Source of the DNA: Perna viridis
Taxonomy: Eukaryota
Assembly (NCBI GenBank): GCA_037379345.1
Contig: CM074511.1
Location: forward strand, 28,960,862 to 29,024,861
Reading direction: 5' to 3'
Length of the DNA: 64,000 nucleotides
In this document: positions 38,360 through 64,000 of the stretch, in pieces
Numbering within the stretch: position 1 is the first letter of the stretch
Layout of the letters: each line of letters opens with the position of its first letter
Translations under genes and position numbers: made by a program
The notes under the pieces: model-generated
The model's database searches: none
What the model was told of the DNA's origin: nothing
What the model saw: the letters and a program-made list of their open reading frames with translations, nothing else

Positions 38360-39235
38360 ATGGATATCAACATGACTCCGTTCAAACGTCGCTATGTGGA
38401 TAATTGGAGGAAAGATGTGAATAGACATTTAAGAGCGGGGACAATATGTAAAATTGTGGTTCATTCACTCTTACCCGGTGAAACGTACGATGAATACAAA
38501 CAAATTGTGTCAGTTGTTTCTGATACTGTTAAATCTCAGGAAATTTCTACTCAAACTTCACCAAGGGGTACCGCTGTTGTAAATACTACAACGAATTCTT
38601 CGCAACAAAGGAGTAAGTTTGCGTACACACGAACGGACGGTGAGAAAACCATAAAAACTGAGAGACAAGAAGGAGTTCAGTGCAATGGAATTCGTAAGAC
38701 TGGTCATAGGGCAAATCAGCATCGAAGTATAACACCAAATAAAAAGGAGTCTGAAGAAGAAGCGATTCCTCTCGTTATTATCGACCCACAACTCATCACA
38801 CCTCCCGCTGCACAAAGCTACGATACAAGTCAGCTGGAGAAACGGTTCGCCAGTCGACCGAAAACTAACGAAAGAAACGCAAACCCGTTCAAGTTTACTT
38901 CTCTAGTGAAACAAAATCAAGCGGAGAATTCTCAGGAAAAGAAATCAGATAAATGGTCAATTGAAAATTATCAGAAAAAGAGAGATGTGTGGTCTATACG
39001 TTGTCAAGTGCAATCAAGGGATAAAAATAGCTTTGTGGTTTCTAGATCAAACATAATAAAGTATAACGGGACAACTAACCACAGTTTTCTAAATCTTCCT
39101 GCTCGATTCCAAACAGACAAACACGATCAGCAACAACCGAATTTTAAACAGGAAGTTTCGTTAGACCGGATATCGTCTACTGTACAGCCACAGAAAAGAA
39201 ACATTACTGCGATGTTTGCGGTTCAAGCTTGGTGA
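38360..39235 (+). CDS. Orphan protein, 291 aa, largely polar and probably disordered
   Basis: A 924-nt open frame in AT-rich DNA. Acceptor-like TTCCTTATCAG ends at 38341 and the first ATG is at 38360. No domain recognised. Confidence 0.65.
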   Translation: MDINMTPFKRRYVDNWRKDVNRHLRAGTICKIVVHSLLPGETYDEYKQIVSVVSDTVKSQEISTQTSPRGTAVVNTTTNSSQQRSKFAYTRTDGEKTIKTERQEGVQCNGIRKTGHRANQHRSITPNKKESEEEAIPLVIIDPQLITPPAAQSYDTSQLEKRFASRPKTNERNANPFKFTSLVKQNQAENSQEKKSDKWSIENYQKKRDVWSIRCQVQSRDKNSFVVSRSNIIKYNGTTNHSFLNLPARFQTDKHDQQQPNFKQEVSLDRISSTVQPQKRNITAMFAVQAW

Positions 39236-39811
39236 TAATGTCTCGAATTGAAAATTAAACTTAATTTGTGTTCAACAGTTTTCTTAAAAGGCAAGCAGTG
39301 TTTCCATCGAAGACGTAAAATCCGACGAAAAAAGTGCAATTAATTAAGTATTATAATTATAGTGTGCTACCTTGAATTAAAAAAAAATAATAAAACCATG
39401 ATAGGGATTATACAAGTAGCATTTTTTTCTATGAAATCTTGGTTGATTTATAGACATGCAACCCTCAACTCGCTGATATACGACGAACGATTCATCTAAG
39501 GTTTTCTTTTGTGCCTTCTTGACAAAAACATCTATTTCTATCATTAGATTTCCCTTTTGACAAAGGCATCAACATATGTCATGACATCTTTTTTATATTC
39601 AGATGAAGGTTTTTTGCCTCCAAAATTTTAGTTGTATCAAAAATTACAACAAATACCATACAAAGTGTATCATAAAAAGCAAGAAACTCCGTTAAAAACA
39701 TTTTTTTTCATTTTATCTTAGTTTATTTCATCTTTAGCACCGCTTAGTAATCTCTGTTTGCTGTCGACATGAAAGTTATTCCTTTAGAACAATTCATTTC
39801 TTTCATTCCAT

Positions 39812-51619
<11,808 letters not shown>

Positions 51620-52493
51620 GATATTTTAAGTAATATTTAGATGATTTAAACGATCTACGACTGCATGTTATAGATAACGGAGACATGTATCAACTAATCT
51701 CTAAAATGTCAAAGGACGTACAAATGAAAAGTAAAACTTTTAAACCAAATTCAAGGTAAATTTTTTATTATTCCAATCATGGTCCACCAGGGGGCATTTA
51801 TATTCAACATTAATATCCATCAGATGACATAATAAGACTTTACACAATAATACAATATAGAGACATAACATATGGTATACATATACATATACATTGTAGA
51901 TCAGTTCTAACCTCTCAGAAAAGCCGGCTCTAGAACAGTCCTAAACATATCATAGAATATAGTTTTAGAGCCAACTCTTCTGACAGTTCTACTACTAGAT
52001 CCTGCTCTTGTGACAGCACTACCAGTGCCGGGTCTGCGAGAACAGTTCTACTACTACAGCCAGCTCTACTGATAAAACTGTCAGAAGAACTGACTCTAGA
52101 ACTGTTCTAAATTTGAGAGAAGTTAGAATTGATCTTACCTGTAACACAAGACATGTATCTTTTGTATATGTGTTGCCTAGGCGAGATGAGATGGTCTACA
52201 ATTGAGAAAACTTGGTGTTTCAAGTTGAGAGATTGAATTAGAAGTTTGTCCAACATTGACAAGGGGCAGAATTCTAGCTGTCTTGAATAGTCACAATTGT
52301 TTTCTCTTTTTTTCTCTGTTTTTTCTCTCTTGTTTAGCACTTTTACGAGCGTTTTGTCGGTCCACAATGGTCACCAAGGGACGGTGCTTTAGGATATGCA
52401 CGATTCTTTAGAATCAATGTATTCATCCTCGTGTCCAATGTAGACCAACAAGACATGTTATAATTACAGTGTATAAGTGTATAAGTGTATAAG

Positions 52494-52992
52494 CCCCGTG
52501 CAGGTCCGGGTGTTAAAAGAATAGGCCCGCAGCAGCGCTAAGCTTGTCGTAAAAGGCGACTAAATAGTGCTCAGAACCCTAGCCAGGGGCTAGAGCGCTC
52601 TGCCCACAGAGCAACTGGGATGTGTGCCCCAGGTGGTGGAATAGGGTAACCCTGGCGTGTTACATGCTGGGGTTGTCAGGCTATAATACGGAAAACCTGA
52701 CTGCCAACCATAGTGGTGCACGTTCCTCGCACGTTAAAGAACCCTACTGTGGTATTCTCCCGGAGTAGGAACCATAGGGCTCCGCCACAGGAGGCTAAAT
52801 TGCCCGACCCTACCCACCTCTCCCCATTTCCAGTGGCAATCAAAATTTGTCGACCCTATTGTCCTTGTGTACCATCCCTTTTTCATTTCATCATCGTTTC
52901 ATGTTCATTTTATCATCAATTTCATGTTCATCGTCTGAATGTAGCTGAAATATTGCTGCCCGGACGTTAAACCCCAACAAACAAAACAAACA
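52494..52992 (+). mobile_element. Apparently full-length SINE-like retroposon lacking a tRNA head
   Basis: 11-bp TSD AAGTGTATAAG at 52483-52493 and 52993-53003, an (AAAC)n tail, three shorter 3'-anchored copies, and a chain of hairpins. No A/B box recognised. Confidence 0.9.
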
Positions 52993-54006
52993 AAGTGTAT
53001 AAGTCTGAGTCTACCGATTGGTCGGTTGTATTATCTGTCTGCAGCTCAATGGACAGTGCTTAAGGATATGCATATTATCAAATTAAAGCTTTGCATTCCT
53101 CCTCATGTCCCCCGTAGACCTACAAAATTACGACTTGGAAGTTCCTTTATTTATGTTCATAATAAGAACATACATGTACATGTTAGTTAGGCAGATCGAA
53201 AAATATCTCTTAACTACCCATGGACAAGCTCATAAGATTACTGTTTTTAAATTTGAAAAAAAATCAATGGTTCTCATATTTTTGCGATAATTCCCCCAAC
53301 ATATTTAGTATTCTTGCATTTTTTACATGACATCAGCCAAACAAAATTTTGTTCAATATTTCGATTAGCATCTTTTGAAGCACTGATCTGTTATGGTATT
53401 TATTAACATTTTCCTCTTATTTTGCTTAGAACACTTGAAAATAAAATGAATTTTATCTTCAATCTTGCCTCCCCCCCACACTTGGTACAAAGCCCGAGTT
53501 GTGGAGGAATACTCTGGAATCTGTCTCTTTGCATTTTGAGGTGGCGAGTTGCATGACTTGTACATGTACGTATATCGCATACATTAACTTGGATTCAAAT
53601 ATTTCTGAATCCAAACTTAATGTTCAAATGCGACCATACCACATTGGATCCAAAGGGGGTTACGGTGTTAAAACTCGACTTTTGGGTTAGAAAAAGTAAA
53701 ATATGTGCAAAACCAGACAACAAATAAGCAAAATAAGCCTCAAGTCACCTTTTAGAAATTCCTGAATCGGATTCCCCCTTTTGATACCCTTCTGCTGTCC
53801 GATTGTTGTTCAAAAAATATTTGCCGTGATGTGGTGCAATAAATATGAACGTTAAAAATCGAAACGATTCGAGAAGCTGTATATTTAGAATTGAAATAGA
53901 TCAATATAATTTTATTGAGAAAAACTGAAAAAAAATGTCCTCAAGCTTTCATCTTGAAACCACCAGAGACGGACGGACGGACGTATTCACGGGTGAAAAT
54001 TAAAAC

Positions 54007-56043
54007 CGATGAATTGCTTTTGCGCCAATTAGACTGTATAATTTGCGCAAAAAAATCTTTCATTTGCGCTACAAATCATATTTCAATCGTACCAAAAATG
54101 AATTATTGTATTTGCGCCATTTCCAAGTGATTTAATATATACTGAATATTACATGTCAAAATCTGTATCACATGCTGTATCAACCCGAGACACCATCACC
54201 AAGGACCCCCTGCTCACTACGGGGAGGTGGACTGGAAGAAGGAATGTTAAAATGGTTAAAACTCTAAAATCGCATTTACAGCATTGTCATCTTTAAATCA
54301 TTATATATACGATTTGTTATCATTTTTTTCAAAATGTTTGAAGCCGTCAAATATTTTTCTCTATTTGTCTCAGATTTGGATTATGTCCATCTTGGCACTT
54401 TGAAACTTTGAGAACGTATCTTAACTTTTACATACGAAATTTTCAATTTTGTATGAGTACAAATAGTTAAAATTATATTTAACCTGCAACTAAGCTTAAA
54501 AGGTTCCGAATAACTCAAAGCTTTATTTATCCACTGCATGGTATCGTCTCCTTATTACATTTTCAGATACGACCAACGTAAAAAAAAAACAAGTTTAAAG
54601 GTGCTGTCGCCGACCACCGCGCTCAAAAAATTGCTGAAAAAAATTATTTTGGACAAATTTCGCATGTTTTATTTAGAAAATGTGGTTGCAGGATAAAAAC
54701 AATACATGAACATTTCTGAAAATATCAATATATATTGATTTTTTAAGGGAACCCTCGCGATCTGACTGTTCCCAAAGCTCGTCAAATTTTGATATCTTCT
54801 TCTACCTAACGATTACCTGGAAAATATGGCTGATCTCCACTGATTTCCGTCAATTTTGAAAACAAGACTGATTTAGCCATGGGGTTAAATTTTGTATAAT
54901 AGATCCTTTTGTGGCAAGTTGGCGAGCATGCTCAAGACACTTCCGCGAGGTAAGGCTTGGGTAGAACGAAAGAATTTTCCTCGCGCAAGTGTATATTGTA
55001 CTTGCTCTACGAATGCTCATCTACTACCCAAACGTTAGCACAAAAGGGTCTTTTTGTAAAAGTGGTGAGTACTCGCTCAGTTCCTTATATAAACATAAAA
55101 ATAAACTGAGCATTTAATTTTGTATTCAGACAACATAATGAAAGTCTATCAAAATGAAGATAATACGATACAATTAGAAACTAACGAGGAATAATACTGT
55201 AATAGTTCAAGTAATTCTTCAAGGAAAAGAAAAGTGTTCCTTGACTGCTTCTCTGAAGACATCATGACTGATGTTCCTGACAAGTGCGTTCAATTTGCTG
55301 ACTATGTACTAGCTGGATACATTACAGATTCATCAATCTTTCCACCAACAATGTGGGCAGCATTTCCCGACTTGACCAGCAAAATAGCTTATAGCGGAAA
55401 TAAAAAGAATGTAATCCAGGGACAAAGACCAGACATGGAAAACAGACAAACACAACAAAGAACACAAAGTAACTAAAATAATACATACAAAGTAACAAAA
55501 GTAAATGAGCAACTCGGACCCCACTAAAAACTGGGAGCACGGACCAGGTGCACCGGTAAAGTAAGCGTCCTCTGCTTTTCTAGAAACACCGGCCGAGTTG
55601 CTCATAAAAAAGTAGAGTCCGGGTAGACGAAAGAGGAAATAAAAATATTCGTGCCATTGACTCTACTTTCGCTCCACGCAGATGCGATATGGAAAACTGC
55701 ATTTTGCCGTTGCACTGTTTGAATATTACTCCAGGGGAGAACAGACAAGTCAATACAAAGAACCGATTTAAAAAATGGCGCAGTTTATGATGTTTAAAAA
55801 TATGTAACTGAAAACGTTAATTTTACGTTTAAACACGAACATTTTATAGTGCTTTTTGTGGTATAACTTTTATTTGGTGAACGTTTTATATTTTTACCTG
55901 AACTGCTTATTATAATTTATTATAAATGTATAATATGTATATCGCACAAACGAAACAATTAGTCTTTGGCGCAAATGAATTGCAAGCTTGTGGCGCAAAT
56001 GAAATATGAATATTTCAAAAATTGGCGCAAACGCATGACGCCC
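54007..56043 (+). mobile_element. Deleted MULE derivative with nested insertions
   Basis: 8-bp TSD ATTAAAAC at 53999-54006 and 56044-56051. 24-bp imperfect TIRs ending TTTGCGCCAATT. Transposase remnant FSEDIM...FADYVLAGYI...FPPTMWA at ~55234-55385. Confidence 0.82.
55387..55640 (-). mobile_element. 3'-end fragment of the Penelope-like family, nested in the MULE derivative
   Basis: Reverse-complement match to the 27040-27292 region. Confidence 0.9.
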
Positions 56044-56627
56044 ATTAAAACGAAGGCTAGCATAACTTGGTCAGAAATTTAAAACAATCCTTATAATTTA
56101 ATTTCTGTTGGATTGAAGTCAAAATTAAGATTTGTATATTCAGTTCGAAAATTTTTGAATTGTGGACTGCAGACCGATCTACCTTAATGGCGTCACAGTA
56201 CTAAGTTAGTGTATGGAAAATAAGATACATAAACATACATGTATATGTGGCCCTGATAAAATATTAAATTATTAATCTATAATAGATTTTTATTGATTCA
56301 CAATATACACTAACTGAGCGTAAAATGTATCTTTCGCCGTAATGACGGACATAATATCAGCTTACATTGCAAAACTATTAACCATATCAACGAATCACGA
56401 GAAAAGGGGGATCCAGAACCATCCGTACCCCAAGTGCGCGTGATCGTTTATTACGGCCATTATATCAAGAAGAAATTATAAGCATGATACCGTCAATGTA
56501 AAATCTGTCTTATAGAACAAGGCTCTAGTTGAATATTCCTGGTTACATCAACAAAAGAACGCACATCGGTCTGAACACAATAAGTTTGCCAACAATATAG
56601 TGACGGTTACTTCTGTGTCATCATAAA

Positions 56628-63512
<6,885 letters not shown>

Positions 63513-64000
63513 CTGAAAGGCAAAATGCATGGTTTACTTAGAACATTAAATCTGTTATTAAGTTTTATAGTAAATGTACCAGACACGTGGTTATCTGAAT
63601 ATGGCATAAATTACTTTGAACTTCATAAGGTGTCTGTGAATAAAATTATGGACACCCATGTTCAAACCCTAAATGGACACAATAGCATTCTAAAACTGAT
63701 AGCTGGACAATATTCATTCATCTAGTAAATCATGCAGCTACACTGGGTTCGTTACGAAAACTAAGTTAGACATTATTATTCCTTTATTTCATTTCAGGCC
63801 AATTTCCCTATTGTGAAAATTTTAATAAAGTAAAAAACATATATAGCTAAGCGATTGTGATAATGCAGTTTTCTACCCAGAGAAAATCATTGTCACAAGT
63901 TAAACCTTGAAACTATATTTACATTGTCACTCTCGGCTCCAACTCGAGGTAACAATGATTTTTTCTTGGTAACAAACTGCTCTAGGTCACAGTTTAAACT

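Overview
AT-rich, intron-containing animal DNA. The repeat content and frequent TACATGTA motifs suggest a bivalve mollusc (inference). Host genes: (1) the last four coding exons of a Ser/Thr-rich type I membrane mucin (6846-13048, +); (2) an intact single-CDS-exon Toll-like receptor (18306-20864) and a tandem paralogue broken throughout its ectodomain but open across TM-TIR (31912-34461); (3) an orphan 291-aa ORF (38360-39235); (4) two tandem prostaglandin reductase 1-like genes on the minus strand, one complete with 9 exons (39812-51619) and one with exons 3-9 in the window (56628-63512). Mobile DNA: a nearly intact FLYWCH-MULE transposon plus two non-autonomous relatives (all with 8-bp TSDs), two Penelope-like retroelement remnants, a hAT remnant, Kolobok-like and Harbinger-like MITEs, and SINEs. 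The most unusual layer is structured RNA carried by small retro-repeats. It includes a full-length SINE-like element whose 5' head is a pseudoknot/stem module rather than a tRNA, a degenerate twister-ribozyme-like motif with a palindromic P1, a degenerate minimal hammerhead, a ~100-nt multibranch domain at the 3' end of a Penelope-like family (7 clear copies), and a head-to-head pair of tRNA-like Pol III units. All folds were read by eye and none was computed.
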